A program made the translations under genes and the position numbers. This document shows, piece after piece, positions 28,641-43,504 of a stretch of 64,000 bases of DNA (position 1 is the first letter of the stretch; each line of letters opens with the position of its first letter). Origin of the DNA: the human T2T-CHM13v2.0 reference genome, Homo sapiens; assembly GCF_009914755.1 (NCBI RefSeq), contig NC_060928.1; one strand, written 5' to 3'. The notes under the pieces are model-generated. The model worked only from the letters and a program-made list of their open reading frames with translations. It was not told where the DNA came from and did no database searches.

Positions 28641-31028
28641 TGTATTAACCTGCTTTCACACTGCTATAAAGAACTACCAGTAACTGGATAATTTATAAAA
28701 AAAAAATAAATACGTAAAAATAAAAACAGGGGGTTTAATTGACTCACAGTTCTGCATGGCTGGGGAGGCCTCAGGAAACTTACAATCATGGTGGAAGGTG
28801 AAGGGGAAGCAAGGCACATCTTACGTGGTGGCAGGAGATAGAGAAGGGGAAATGCCACACAATTTTAAACCATTAGATCTAATGAGAACTCACTAACTAT
28901 CATGAGAACAGCAAGGGGGAGGTCTGTCCCTATGCTTAAATCACCTCCAGCCACCTCCCTGCCCCAACATGGGATTATAATTTGAGATGACATTTGGGTG
29001 GGTACACAAATCCAAACCATATTATTCCACCTCTAGTGCCTCCCAAATCTTATGTCCTTCTCATGTTTCAAAACCAATTATGCCTTCCCAACAGTCCCCA
29101 AAGTCTTAATTCATCCCACCATTAACTGAAAAGTCCATGTCCACAATCTCATGTGAAACAAGGCAAGTTCCTTCTGCCTCTGAGCCTATAAAATCAAAAA
29201 CAAGTTACTTACTTCCAAGATACAATTGGGGGAGAAGCATGGGGTAAATGCTCCCATTCCAAAAGGGAGAAATTGTCCAAAACAAAGGGGCTACAAGACC
29301 CATCAAAGTCTGAAACAGCAGGGCAGTCACTAAATCTAAAAGCTCCAGATTAATATCCTTTGATTCCATGTCTCACATCCAGGGCATGCTGATGTAAGGG
29401 GTAGGCTCCCAAGGCCTTGGACAGCTCTGCTCCTGTGGCTCTGCACGGTACAGCTCCCATGGCAGTTTTCATGGACTGGTGTTGAGTGCCTGCGCTTATT
29501 CCAGGTGCACAATGCAAGCTGTCAGTAGATCTACCATTCTGGGGTCTGGAGTATGGTGGCTCTCTTCTCACAGGTCCACTATGCAGTTCCCCAGTGGGAA
29601 CTCTGTGTGGGGGGCTCCAAACCCATATTTCCCCTCTACAGTTCCCTAGTAGACATTCTTTATGAGGGCTCTGCCCCTGCAGCAGACTTCTGCCTGTACA
29701 TCCAGGCATTTCTATACATCCTCTGAAATCTAGGAAGAGTTGAGGTTTGGGAGTCAACTCTCAATTCTTGTCTTCTGCACAGAAAACCCATGAGCCCAAC
29801 ACCACATCGAAGCTGCCAAGGTTTGGGGCTTGAACCTTCTGAATAAATGGCCTAAGCTGCACATTGCCCCTTTATAGCCACAACTGGAGCTGGAGTGGCT
29901 GGGACACAGGGTGTCATGTCCTGAGGCAGCAAAGAACAGTGAGGCCCTGGGCCTAGCCCATAAAACCATTTTTTTCTCCTATGCCTCCAGGCCTGTGATG
30001 GGAGGGGCTGCCTTTATGGGCCTCTGAAATGGCATGAAGACATATTCCCTATTATCTTGGTGATTAACGTTCAGCTCCTCATTACTTATGCAAATTTCTG
30101 CAACCTTCAATTCCTCCTCAGATTTTTTTTTGCTACCACATGGCCAGGCTGCAAATTTTCCAAACTTTTATGCTCTTTTTCCCTTTCAAATATAAGTTCC
30201 AGTTTCAGACCATCCATTAGTGAAGGCATGTGACTGTGTGTTTTTAGAAACAGCCATGACACATCCTGAACACGTTGCTGGTTAGAAATTTCTTTCGCCA
30301 GATACCCTAAATCACCCCTTCAAGTTCCGAGTTTCACAGATTTCTCGAGCAGGGGCAAAATGCCACCAGTATCATGACTAAAACATAGCAAGTGTGACCT
30401 TGACTCCAGTTCCCCATAAGTTCCTAATTTCCATCTGGGAACACCTCAGCCTGGACTTCAGTGTCCATATCACTATAAGCATTTTGGTCAAAACCATTCA
30501 ACAAGTCCCTAGGAAATTCCAAACTTTCCCACATCTTCCTCTCTTCTTCTGAGCCCTCCAAACTGCTCCAACTTCTGCCCATTACCCAGCTCCAAAGTTG
30601 CTTCCACATTTTAAGGTACCTTTATAGCACTGCCAAACCCTCCTGGTACCAATTTTCTGTGTTGGTCTATTTTCACACTGCTATAAAGAACTACCTGAAA
30701 CTGGGTAATTTATATTTAGAAAAAAGAGGATTAACTGACTCACAGTTCTGCTTGGGTGGGGAGGTCTCAGGTAACTTACAGTCATAGCAGAAGCCAAAGG
30801 GGAAGCAAGGCACATCTTACATGGTGGCAGGATATATATAGAGAAGGGGGAACTGCCACACACTTTTAAAACATCAGATCTTGTGAGAACTCACTCATTA
30901 GGATGAGAACAGCAAGGAGGAAGTCACCCCCCATGATTCAATAACCTCCCACCAGGCCCTTCTTCCCACACATGGGGATTATAATTTGAGATGAGATTTG
31001 GGTAGGGACACAGAGCCAAACCGTATCA
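28641..31028 (-). mobile_element. Full-length MaLR (MSTA/THE1D-type): 3'LTR 28641-29024, ~1.6-kb internal region, 5'LTR 30658-31028
   Basis: Two homologous ~375-bp LTRs, MST/THE1-int sequence between them, 5-bp TSD ATTCA at 28636-28640 and 31029-31033. Confidence 0.95.
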
Positions 31029-32146
31029 ATTCACCACAATCCTTATTTAGCTATATTCTAGCACTAACTCACAGAGGTCTCATATTAAAATCCTTACGAG
31101 AAATGCAATTCAACTTTCTTCTTATTTTAATACATTGGCTTCATCTGAATATTTTGTTTCTAGAACACCAGTATCTAAGGTATTCATCTGAATATCTTGT
31201 TTCTAGAGTACCTTAACAAAATAATCAGATGAAACCAATAGTACCCAAAAACTCTAAGGAAGTAAAGAAATTATTCCAAATGAGACCAATTACTTCAGAT
31301 AATCTGAACTCAAATAGATATGTGTTGACCTATATACAGGATGATTCAAAATTTGCTATCTTAATCTTTAGTGGACCTATTGGTATTTCTGTTTTGTTGA
31401 CCCAAAATATTTAAATTGAGTCATATGAAAACAAGTGTTTTATCAAAATAATACAAACATTTTTAATATTTGGGAAAGAATTTGTGCAGCAAAATTCATT
31501 AAGTGAAATTAATTACTTTTTTCCTTAAGAGCATAACAGCACTTTTAAAATATAATTTTACTCAAAAATTATTATTTTTTTGCCATGTTAACTTTAAAGC
31601 TCATATTCAATAAGAAGTTAGGGTTAATGCCAATTTTGATGAATTATGGGTTGTACCATTGTAAATAATATTTTTGGTCAAGTTTTCCAAATAAGTCTAT
31701 TATTTCTGGGTCACATTTTCATGGTGTTTTATTTGAAGTGTTATTCTTCTGTTAATTCATTCTTAAAGTGTTAATTCTGCAGTTAAAGCAATTACTAATT
31801 TTAGAATATGTACTTTTAGACATCTTTAATTTGATTTTCTATTGCATTTTTATCCAATTGTGGATTTTTATTTTTCTTAATCAACTTTTGTGGTTTTCAG
31901 ATTTAGAAATTATAATGAGGATATAAATAATTTCTTATTTATACCAAATTATATTGAATGAAGCTTTAAAAATGTCTTTTTTATTTCTTTCTAAAATTAC
32001 TTATAGTTAGGAATTGAAAATAATTGTTATGTGGTATGTAATTCATAAGAAGTCACTCCATATTGCTTTATTTTCTAAATTAGTGTGTGAGTTACACATT
32101 TCTTAAGTACATTTATGATAATATCTATGCCTTATAAGTGATTAGA

Positions 32147-32431
<285 letters not shown>

Positions 32432-32924
32432 GTGATTAGAAAGGTTACAATAATTTCAGAGAACTGAGGCATTCTAATTTTAAAGCAGATATTGTAGGTC
32501 AAAAATAAGCATTAAAAATAGAATAATTAGAACAATTTGATAAACTTTTAGAATTCCAAGTTATATGTAATTCTGTTCTTGGCTATCTAAAAACAGAATT
32601 ATCAGTAAAATAGGTCATCTTAGAAATCCTGTTTATGAAAAAAAAATTCTCTAATTCTAGGTGAGCATTATCTTTATGTCACAGTATCCAAGGATTGCTG
32701 CAGTTTTGTACATTTAGGATAAGCAAAACCATCTAAGTATTGAATATATAAATCAACTCACCAGCTACTCATTCATTAAATACTGGACTGTCTATAAACT
32801 TTGTTTTTCATACATTTTCATTTTGTTTTCTCCTTGGATTTAAATCTTGGTTTTTTCTTTGACTGCTGTATCATTTTTGTAGTAATATAATTCAGGATAT
32901 CTTTTTGTTACTGATATAAAAATG

Positions 32925-34042
32925 CTATGGATGACTTAAAAGAAATGACACCCCAGGAGTAACAGCAAACTCAGCACCCAGATCTTTGTTTACAATAACA
33001 TTCTTCAATGAAAGGCACTAGGTCTCCTTGGAGAAATGGCTGATTTTTGTACTAGAGCTGGAAACATTCAAAATGAGCCTAGAGAATCTGGTAGTGCCAG
33101 AAAGTAAGAAAATGCTCAAAAAAAATTTAAAAAATAAAATGCATTGATTGGAGTGTGTCAAAAGAGGCATAGGAGACAACCGAAGAGCTTCCAATAGTAA
33201 ATGCTGTAACAATTTGATGAAAAAATAAAGTAGTTGAATAGGATTATAACCCAAATTATAAAATACATATCTATGAATCCATACTAATGTAAACAAATGA
33301 CTGAAAAAGAAATAAATGAGGGAGAAAAGGCAAATCTCTTAAGAAAGAATTCCAAATAGTTTATGTAGATATTTGCCCTCAAGAAGTTGAAGCATAATTC
33401 TCCACTCCTTAACTGCACACTGTACATACTGACTTTCTTCTGAAGAGTAAATATGGAAATTAGGGTGGAAGAACACATAACTTGACGGTGAGGAAACTTA
33501 AGAAACACTATTTCAGCCAGGTGATCAAGCTCAATGTCAACAATTAAATAATGTTGGTAAAGCACACCCTGGATATTTGATGTAAATGACACTTTACCTC
33601 TGCTAACTTCCTCACAAAACCCCTAACCTCAGTATAATCACGAGAAAAACATCAGAGAAACTCCAATAAAGGGCACTCCTACAAAATATCTGACCAGTGC
33701 TCCTCAAAACTGTTAAGATAAAAAATTACTAGGAAAGTTTGAGAATCTGTCACAGCCAAGAGGAAGTCAAGAAGCCAGGACAATTAAAAGCAATGTATTC
33801 TGGATGCAACTGTTGAGCAATACAACAGACTTAAGTAAGAGCTAAGGATACATGAATAAACTATGGACTTTAATTGATGATAACGTATCAATATTGGTTA
33901 AATAATTTTAATAAATGTACTACATTAGTATAAGAAGTCAATAAAAGGGACAACTTTATACAGGGTATATGAGAACAGATTATTTTCTTCTCAATTTTTT
34001 CTGTACATCTAAAACGGTTCTAAAAACTAAGGTATATTACAA
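32925..34042 (+). mobile_element. L1MC/L1MD 3'UTR
   Basis: cagcacccagatcttt..ctccttggagaaatggctgatt..ggtagtgccagaaagtaag; 3' ttctgtacatctaaaac. Confidence 0.8.
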
Positions 34043-34477
34043 ATACTATGGCTTACTACTGTTAAACATTTTCCCTATGGTACATATTCTGTAGCCACAA
34101 CAGAATTCAAATATTCAACACACAACTAGACTCATGGCCTAATGCTCCATTCACTGAGTAAGATTAGCAGAAGTCATCTTCCAGCTATATCAAGCAATAA
34201 GAGTTTTAACAGTGAAACACTCAGGTGCTCCGGATGTCTATCCTCATTTTGTGAAGAGTGCTTACACAGTACTCGTCCATGAGCCATTTAGTTCACAGAC
34301 AGCAAGCCCTGAAGTTTCCATAGGATAACTTATTCAAGCATTACTTTAAAATTCCACTTATTTGAGACTTCTTTCATCCTACTTATGAACAGGATGCAGT
34401 AGACTATGACCAGTTGTGACTCCTGCTGAAAATAGAAAAAACATTGATAGAGGAAATCATATTTTTCACATTTACTA

Positions 34478-35092
34478 TTTTTTTAATTAATATATTTTAT
34501 TTCTTGGAGCAGTGTTAGATTTACAGAATAATTAGACAGACCTAGTGTTTCCATATACTCTTTTTCTGCCTGCCCAATTTCTCCCATTATTAACAGCTTT
34601 TATTAATGTTGAGCATTTGTTTCAATTTACGAACAAATATTGATACATTATGAAAGTTCATAGTTGGCATTAGGGTTCACTTTTTCTGCTGTGCAGTTCC
34701 ATGGGTTTTGCCAAATACATAGTGCCATGTATCCATCATTACAAAATTATATTCACAGCCCTAAAAATTATCCGTGCTTCACCTATTCTTCTCTTAACCA
34801 TTCCCCTAGCCCTACTCTAGACACTGGCAACCACTGATGTTTTTGCTATCACTATAGTCTGTTTGGCTTTTTCAGTATATCACATCGTTGCAATTATACA
34901 GTATGTAGACTTTTTAGACTGTTTTTCACTTAGCAATATATGCATTTAAAGTTTAACCATGGCTTTCATTGGCTTGAAATTTCATTCCTTTTTATTGTTG
35001 AATAATATTTTATTATGTGGATGTATCACGCACGGTTCAATTATTCATTCACCTATTGACCGATATCTTAGTGGTTTTCAAGTTTTGACAAT
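34478..35092 (-). mobile_element. L1MC1/2-like 3' end
   Basis: gagcagtgttagatttacagaa..aatattgatacattat..cattagggttcac. Confidence 0.75.
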
Positions 35093-36595
35093 GAGAACAC
35101 TCCATGTGACATGATAATCAGGATTAGCTCAACAGAACATTCTCTCTGGGGGTAAGGGGGGATGAAAATCATCAAGGTTACTTGAACTGGCCTGACCATT
35201 CACCAACACAAAAAACAAGGCTGGATTTACCCCTGGAACATTTGATGTATTCTGAATCCTGGAGTGACACGGGAGTCTGGATGTCTGGGTCATAAATACA
35301 AAGTAAAATCATACAACATACAGTGTCACACTGCTTGAAATACAAGGGAGTGCTGACAACACAAACACAGTCTCTCCCTCATAGCATAGGTCAGACTCTC
35401 AGAGTGTGTAGGATGAGGCTAAGGAGCTCAACTAAAAACCTCTAAGAGACAGAATGTGGTCTTTCACATTTGTTAGCTCTGAGGACTCAGAAACTTGCCA
35501 CATTCTCAATGACTGGTAGAGAACCACCATTTAGGTTTTGGCCTACTAAGCTTCTACAGAAACAAATGTTTTGTAAATTAAAAATAAACTCGAGTAAATA
35601 CCGAAATCTTAAAGATACCGAAGGTGAACAAAGCAACCCAACTGGATGACACTTGAGGGAAGGGAATGCCCCAGAGTGGATTTTATGACTTTTGGCCTGA
35701 GGCAGGCTGCTGGCAGTGCTACTTGGATAGCTGAATCTTTGAAAGAAAATGTGAAATCTTTCTGGCATGAGGAAGAAAAGTACTGAGTTTTAGACAACCA
35801 TAGGGCTGGACAATGGGAGAGAAACCTGAGGAAGGAGAGAACCAGAGAAAGAATGCTCCAAAATCTGTGTATAACCATTGCCTAAATATCTAGGTTACCC
35901 TTGAACCATACAAACATGGGACAGACACCAAACAGCTAAAGCTAAGAATTAAAGAACTGAATTTAGGATTGAGCTTCCACATAAGACACTGTGTTGTTTG
36001 AGTCAACCAAGTTAATTGCCTAATAAAACACAAAAACAAATTGAGCAAATATTTGACATTTTGATGCTTCCAGCGATCTTATTTTTAACACTTATGGCTT
36101 CAGCCGGGATACTCCCTTTTAGTTATACTTAATTTTTATAGAATGAATGATTGTAAAAACTACTTAAAATTATTTTGAAATAAAGGCATACATGAAATAG
36201 TTCAAAAGCATTTGTAATTTTCTACTATGTATGAAGCTACAAAAACATACATTTAAATTACTGTAATATTACTTACATTGCTTTCTTTATATGTGTAGCA
36301 GTTTTGTCACTACAATATTTGCTTTTTCAAACCATTTTGCCACACCAGAGGCAATTTTGCATGTCATTTCTTTCGGGAATGCCAAACTTTATCAGAAAAA
36401 AAAAACAAAGAACCATGAAGCACCCTTAAACAGAACCTAATGCACACAGATTCATATAATATGCAACTTCACACACAAAAACATTCACTGTGTAAAGTAT
36501 TGAAACCAGTTTGTGCTGCAAAAACATGAACATTGATGATTTCTATTTTAAACAATTCCTGACCACTCCTCTAAATTATTTACCTGGTTTTCTAC

Positions 36596-36679
36596 CCATG
36601 CATTCATGCATGCATGCATCCATCCATCCAAACATCCATCCATCCATCCATCTACCCATTCCACCATTCACTCATCCAT
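36596..36679. repeat. Imperfect (CATC)n/(CATG)n repeat
   Basis: Direct reading. Confidence 0.9.
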
Positions 36680-39600
36680 CTGGCACAACAGCAAAAACTG
36701 AATTATAGAAATACTCAGACAGGAGAGAATGTCCATTCTGACTAAGGGTCAATGAACTGACTACTACACTTACAATTTATAGATTTCACAATTAGAGCAT
36801 TTTTTCACAAAATAATTTCTGTATCCATATGTCTGATTTTTGTTCTTTCTGTGCTATCCACATAATTTCAAATGCTTGAGCTATAGATTAAATTTGCATG
36901 GTGTAATTTTTTTTCCTTTGGTCCTGTGCCACAATGCTAGGTAATCCAGTAGAGTGTAGAGTAATTCCTAAAATGGGAATGGCCAGCCATACTCTGCAAG
37001 TGTTAGAAATACATTCCACTAAACCAAAAGTAGAAGATTCCCCAACTCAACAAGGACTCAATAAGGGCTTTTGAGTCCTTAGTTGGACTCAAAAGGGCCC
37101 ATGCTTTTGTCCAATATCAGCCAGTAGGAGAGAAAAAGTGACAGAAAGTAAGATAAACAATTAAGAGGTAGTAGTTTTTAGTAATTGTATTTAAAATCTT
37201 ACTTTGAAAATCTTACAAAAATATAGAACTTGAAGAACAAACATCCTGAGCCCTTGTCTAGGCTTTGGAAAAATCTCATGAAAGTGAAAGCTCCAAAGTT
37301 TGAGCTTTGTTATCTTCATTGCAGTATTGTCAATTTTGCTAATTACTAGTTGAAATTCCTAATGAACGTACAGACAGAAGAAAACCTTACATGTTTTCAT
37401 ACTTACGTTTCCATAATGAACAGCAATTTAGCAAGAGGGGCAAAATATAGAATATTTTCCTCACTGATACATGAAAAGCAGAGGAAACTCTATTTTCTAA
37501 AATTATGCCTATGTAGAAGTTATTTTGTGAGCAGAAAAACCATACACTTTAGATATTTTTATGTCTGTTTTGTTTCAAAAGTTTTGAAAAAGAAACATAA
37601 ATATTTTGGAAACTTAAAATTGTTCAAATAAGACATCCATTCAAATCTCCTCATTAATAAAACCTATCTCTGTATTTTATAGCATTGTTTTTGCACTGCC
37701 TAAGGAAAAAGGATAACACCTCTTTGCCTGGTATTTGAGGGTTTCTAAAAAACTATTAAAACCTCTATTCAACTAAAATCTTTTGTATTTTCAAGGCTTC
37801 AGCCAAATGTATTTACTTTCTTTTTATATGGGCACCACGTATTTTCTCATCACCCATGCTCTTTCTTCTGGAATATTTTCATTCTTTCTTGTTTTGAATA
37901 AGTCCTATCTTCAAGAACCAGCTCTTTAATAAAAGCATTCTCTCTGTACTCAAATTCACGCAACAATGTTTCCTTTTACTGTTTGAAAGACTAGGAATCT
38001 GTGCCTTAAAAACTAGCTCACCTTTCCTACTAATTGCAAGCTCATAAAGATAAAAGACTGCATATTTTCACTTTGATATCCCCTGTTCCCTTGACAGTAC
38101 CATACAGAAATGTCTAGACAATAATTATTTGTTCAAAATACAGACAAAATTATACCCAATACATTAATAAAAATAACATAGTTACACCTAATTTGGACCC
38201 CCGTGGATCATCTCTGGGCCATCTCTGTTCTAAAACACAGCAAGCCTTCTTAACCTCCTGTTTATCTGATTAGATATTCCTAGTATACATATTTGAAGTT
38301 AAAGTTGCTGTAAGAAAAATCTAAATATTTATGAATATTTTCTGCACTGTGCATACACATTTATTTTATCTTTATCTTTAGGTTCCATTTCAATGCACTG
38401 ACCTAGTTATTTTGACTCAGTACAAAACAACAACACCACCACACCACCTTATTTATAGTAGTTACATTGTAGAGTATAAATGGGAAATGCCTGCTTCTCT
38501 CATAAATCGTCAAATACCACAGGGAATGTGAGAGAGTGATATACAAAATCCATCTTTAAAAAACAAGATGACAGAGGGTTGCAAGGAGGCTAAAGAGAAC
38601 CCCTACAGGTTCAGATTTCAGGGATGTGTGGCTAAAAATTATTTTCTAAAGGAGGCAGCACATCCTGAAAAGAAAAATAATCACCCCTTTTTTAAAGCAA
38701 CCGTAACATGGTCCAGGGATTAACATGAGCTTTCTTGGACACGTTTACCATGAAGAAAGAGCTGGAAAAGTTAGAATAAATGAGAAATCCTTTAGACATG
38801 CCATATTTGTAGGAAGCTGCCTGTTGGTGAGAAAGTATGGTTAAAAAGCAAATTATGAGCAGCCCTGTATCTACAGATACCTGACAGCAGGAAATAATAA
38901 AAGCTAACACAAAATCACAAATATACCCTGTGTCATAAATAACTCTACTGAAACTGAAGGGAATTTTCCTTATGCTTAGAAACTCTTCATTTAGTAAACT
39001 TTTCTAGCATTTAGAATTTTCCTGCATTTATATATTATTTAACAGATAAAATTACTTAATTAAAAAAAATAAACTGCCTGTATGACTGCTCTAACATTAG
39101 GTAGTTAGTATCTGCTTTGCTTGTGTGCTTGTTTTTCAGAAGGTAGTAGCAAGAGCAAGACCACTATGTATTTCAGCATATTACTAAGGCATCCTCCTGA
39201 ATTTAGCACTATTGTTCTCCTTCCACTCAGTAGTGTGGTGAAAATTAATAAAATAATTACTGGAAACAGTATTATTTCTTTCTAGATAAATGTTTATTAC
39301 TATTGTTATTATGATACTTACCTAAGTCCAGTTAATATTATAAACAGAAAATAAGGATAGGCAATGAATATAATTCCTTAAACTTGAATGTCACGTGCAT
39401 TTAAAATAGATCATAGATTTATAGGTAGCAGCAGCTCTGAAGAAATATATTTCTCAGATGTTGGCTGAATTATAGGAAATAATCCTTGAGTGAAGTGAAA
39501 AATTCTATAAGCCACTTACTTATTCACATAACCCAAATAAAAATATTTAACTCATTGTGTTTGATTCCAAAACTGTTGAGATCACTAGTTTTTATGCCCT

Positions 39601-42314
39601 AGTTGCCTCATTTCAAAATGAAATATAATAGCCTACAGACTCTTTGTTATTTAATGTTTTTGTTATTCCATTATTAGAGGTAACTGAAAGTTGAATAGAA
39701 TTTAGAACTGAGTGTTAATGGTCAGTAGGTAATGTTTAGATTTTGCTGACTTAATTATTTCATTCAAAACATGTTCACACATTGTGCAAATACATTCTTA
39801 TGTGAAAAGCGTTTGTGCAGTCTACTGAATACATGATAGTAGCAGATATATATAATACCTACGATGTTAGTAATAACAGCATTTGTGAGCTGGTAAGTAG
39901 CACTTTCAGGACATGAAACACAAAGCAATGAAGCAACGTTTCATTCATATCCTTCTAAAAGCAAACTTGATTTTGATACTTTGGTTGGAATAGTGGAAGT
40001 GAAAAACCTGCCTTTACATTCACAATAGCCTCTTGTTTGCCTAAGAAATAATACCACTGCTGAACCAATTGTAAATGCAAAGTAGAAAGCATTATGAAGA
40101 AAAGCAAAATGCAGTCGTGCTTGCAAAGTCTGAAATGTAGTCACTACAATAAGAACATACATTAGCAGGTGTGCAATTGATGACTGACAGATTGAATTAA
40201 CAGATTTTCACACAACTCCATAGAAACACAAATAAAGCACAATAAAGAAACATAGGTCCAGTCAAAACATTAGGATGAAGCATGTGATGTGTCAACTTTG
40301 TAGATTTCTGCAGTTTGTGTGTGTGTGCACTCATGTGTGCCGGCACATACACATATTCATGCCTCCCAACTTAAAGCTGTAGAGATTTTAATCAGTATAC
40401 AGGGGATGACATAAGGGAACCAATAACTGGGGTAAAGACTGCCTTCCAATAATGCAAATTGGAAAAACTGATTTAGAGTAAATGAGATTAGCCGTCTAAT
40501 AAAGTAACTAAAAATAAAGCATAATCTGTAATCATTGAATAAAATGGATCCTGAGTAGCCTTAATCTAATCAAGGTGTCTAGAGTATAGTCTGTTTTACA
40601 TGATCATTTCCGTAAGTAAAACTTAGTCAAATATGTTATCTATATGGGTCTTGAACTGATATAATTTTTAAAACATTTATTATTTTCAAACTTATATCTA
40701 TAGAAAAATATATCTTACTGGCTTGTGCAAGTAATTCAGATCCTATAATTGTGCTGATTTAAAATAAATAAATATTTTTTGAGTAATTATTGATCCATAA
40801 CAAATACAAACTTGGTAAGTATCCATTTATAACTGTACATTATCAAGGTAAAAGTACACTAATGTAAAGAGGAGTCAGGGCTTATTCCATGACTATTACT
40901 CTTTTTCCTCAATATCAGAAAGTCAGAATTATGGATAAGATATTTTTGACCCTTCCTTGTGCTATCAGCATCTCCATGGCCTGGATAAGGAAGACAACTA
41001 ACATAAATCTATTTATTCATTAGTCTTGTTAATACTAATTAAGTACTTTGTGTTCAGAGCATGCACTTATTTAAAATATGTTGAAAGCACAAAGAAAAAT
41101 GAAGCATTTTATTCTTCTTACTCAAGGTGATAGAAGTCTAGTCACCCACCATCACTGTAAAAGAAGACAGTTTTTTAGGGCTATCACTTTCTTCATTTCT
41201 AATGACTTTGCTGGATCTCTTTCCTTTTAGGATAATTTATGTGTGATGATATAACTACCTATTCTCAATGTGAGATTTCTTGGGAATTCTATCTAAAGGA
41301 ATGTCATTGGCACTTCAAAGAATGCAGTGGAAAATAAAGGTTTATAATATCATGGAACTAGTTTTTCGGGTGGAGAAACAGACATTAAGCAGATAGCTAT
41401 GTATTTAAGTATTTAGTGTTAATAAGTCCTACAAGTAAACAAGGGGTGCTAAACAGCACATACATGGAAATTAGAGTTAGTGTGTTAGAGAAAACTAGTC
41501 TGAAAAATATAAGTTTGAGATTAAAAGAATAAATAAAGAATAAATATAAAACCGAGATGTTTGGCATTAAGAGAGAGTGTAAATTGTCAGGAAGCTCAGA
41601 ATTCTATTAAGCACTCAAAATAATGACCTTATACAATAAATTTCTTTCCATCTAAATGTTTTCTAATCTAAATGTTTCTTCTTTAATCTTCATTTTAACT
41701 CGCCTATAGCTTTTGTTGAGATGTAAGACCTTTAAAAGACAGTCATTATAAGTGTGATTTCCCAAAAACATACTTAAGAAGCAAAAATCATTTGTTCTCA
41801 CAATTGCTATAGTAATACAAAAAAATCCAAATATCAAACACTTTCCTCTACAAGTTATCTCTTAAGCACTTGAGATTATTTGCAAATGAATCTTTTATAG
41901 TGGTCTCCAAGGACTCTCACTTACTGCAGCTTTTTGTCTTTCACAGGTGAGAAATTTCAAGTGCCTACAATAATTTTACTTGAGCCTTAACTATCCTTTC
42001 AAAGCAGGTGCAAAAACCTAAAGAGCCATGATATTCATCACTCAGCAAGATTTTTATGTATCTAACATTGAAAGAAAGGTGCAAGTTTTATTTGAGATTA
42101 CTTTAAAAAATCCTAAGAGAACTGAATTATCCCTCAGCAACTTGCCTCACATAAGCAATTTATTCACAATTACGTTGATTATCCCTTGTCAGACTTCCAG
42201 GAATTTCACTTAAATTCACACTCCCATGCATATTCTGAAAAATGATCTTATTCAAATTGCTAAATAAGGGAAACAATGTCCTTAAAAATAATTTTTAATA
42301 GGGCAGAAGATGTA

Positions 42315-42716
42315 TATATTGGTCTCCTTGGGCTGCTACCACAAAACACTACAGATCAGGTGGCTGATCTATATAATCAATATAAATCAATATAAATCAA
42401 AAGAAATCAATATAAAAATTGATTTCTTACAATTTTAGAGGTGGGGCATTCCCAGATTGACGGGCAGGTAGATTCAGTGTCTGGTGAAAGTCTGCTTCCT
42501 GGCTCATAAATGGCCATCCCCTAGCTAAGCACTCACATAAAGGAAGAAGGGCAGGGCCCACCTGGAGCCTCTTTTATAAGAACTCTACATTCATGAGGAC
42601 TCCATTCTCATGACCTAATCACATCCCAAAGGCCCTACCTTCTAATAACATCATCTAGAGGGTTATGATTTCGACACCTGAATTTGGAAGGGGATACAAA
42701 CAGCCAGACCACAGTA
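42315..42716 (-). mobile_element. MLT1A-type MaLR solo LTR
   Basis: gggctgctaccacaaaacactacag..gattcagtgtctggtga..ctcatgacctaatcacatcccaaaggccc..gaatttggaaggggatacaaac. Confidence 0.85.
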
Positions 42717-43504
42717 GGGTAGTATCTTAAATAAGATGCTAGAACTATACGTTGCTCTGTGCTAATAATATAAAATTGTGTTTACCAATTGTTCATGCAA
42801 AGGTACAACAGGAATTTTCATCATGAATTTGACCACAGTCAAGTATTAGGAGCATGATCATATATTACTGCCATCACAATATATAATTAACGTAGAAAAG
42901 TAATTCATATAAAAAGAAAAATTGTTTCCCATAAGTGATAAGTTTACTATGAAATCATAAAAGTAAATTCAGGTATAAAATATATTATCAAATATTTATG
43001 TATACTTTTTAGATATGGTCAATTTCACAGGATCTTTCTTAAGAGAATTAAGATGTTGCAAAATTAAGAATAACCCAAAAGTTATTGTTATTTTTCTTTG
43101 GATTCAAATCACAGAAACACTCAGATATACATCTTTACTATGTTATGATGCCAAATGGTATATCCAGTTTGACCTATTCAGTAACAGTTATTAATTAGGT
43201 ACATAAACAAACAGAGGACTTGTAGAAAAATCAACTTTTATTGACAATGACATGCTTGAAATTTTTTTTCCTGTATCTAAGACAAAACCCAAATATTTAT
43301 CTCCCATTTTCATGACTTTTTCTTCATAGTTTTGTACATACAGACATCTTTAGTTTTCAAACTAATGAAGATAATTGTTCATTAATATTTTCATGCTTAC
43401 AAAACATAAAACACTAGGATCTTGCAGGCTTTTTATTAAAGAAAACTAGCAAACATTGTTGAAACCTGATTCAATAGGAAAAATGCTTTGAAGGCTAGAG
43501 ATAG

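Noticed and set aside
31140-31210. 25-bp direct repeat; similar small duplications at 9502-9528, 24350-24408 and 49381-49438
   Set aside because: Ordinary two-copy local duplications; not CRISPR-like or otherwise structured.
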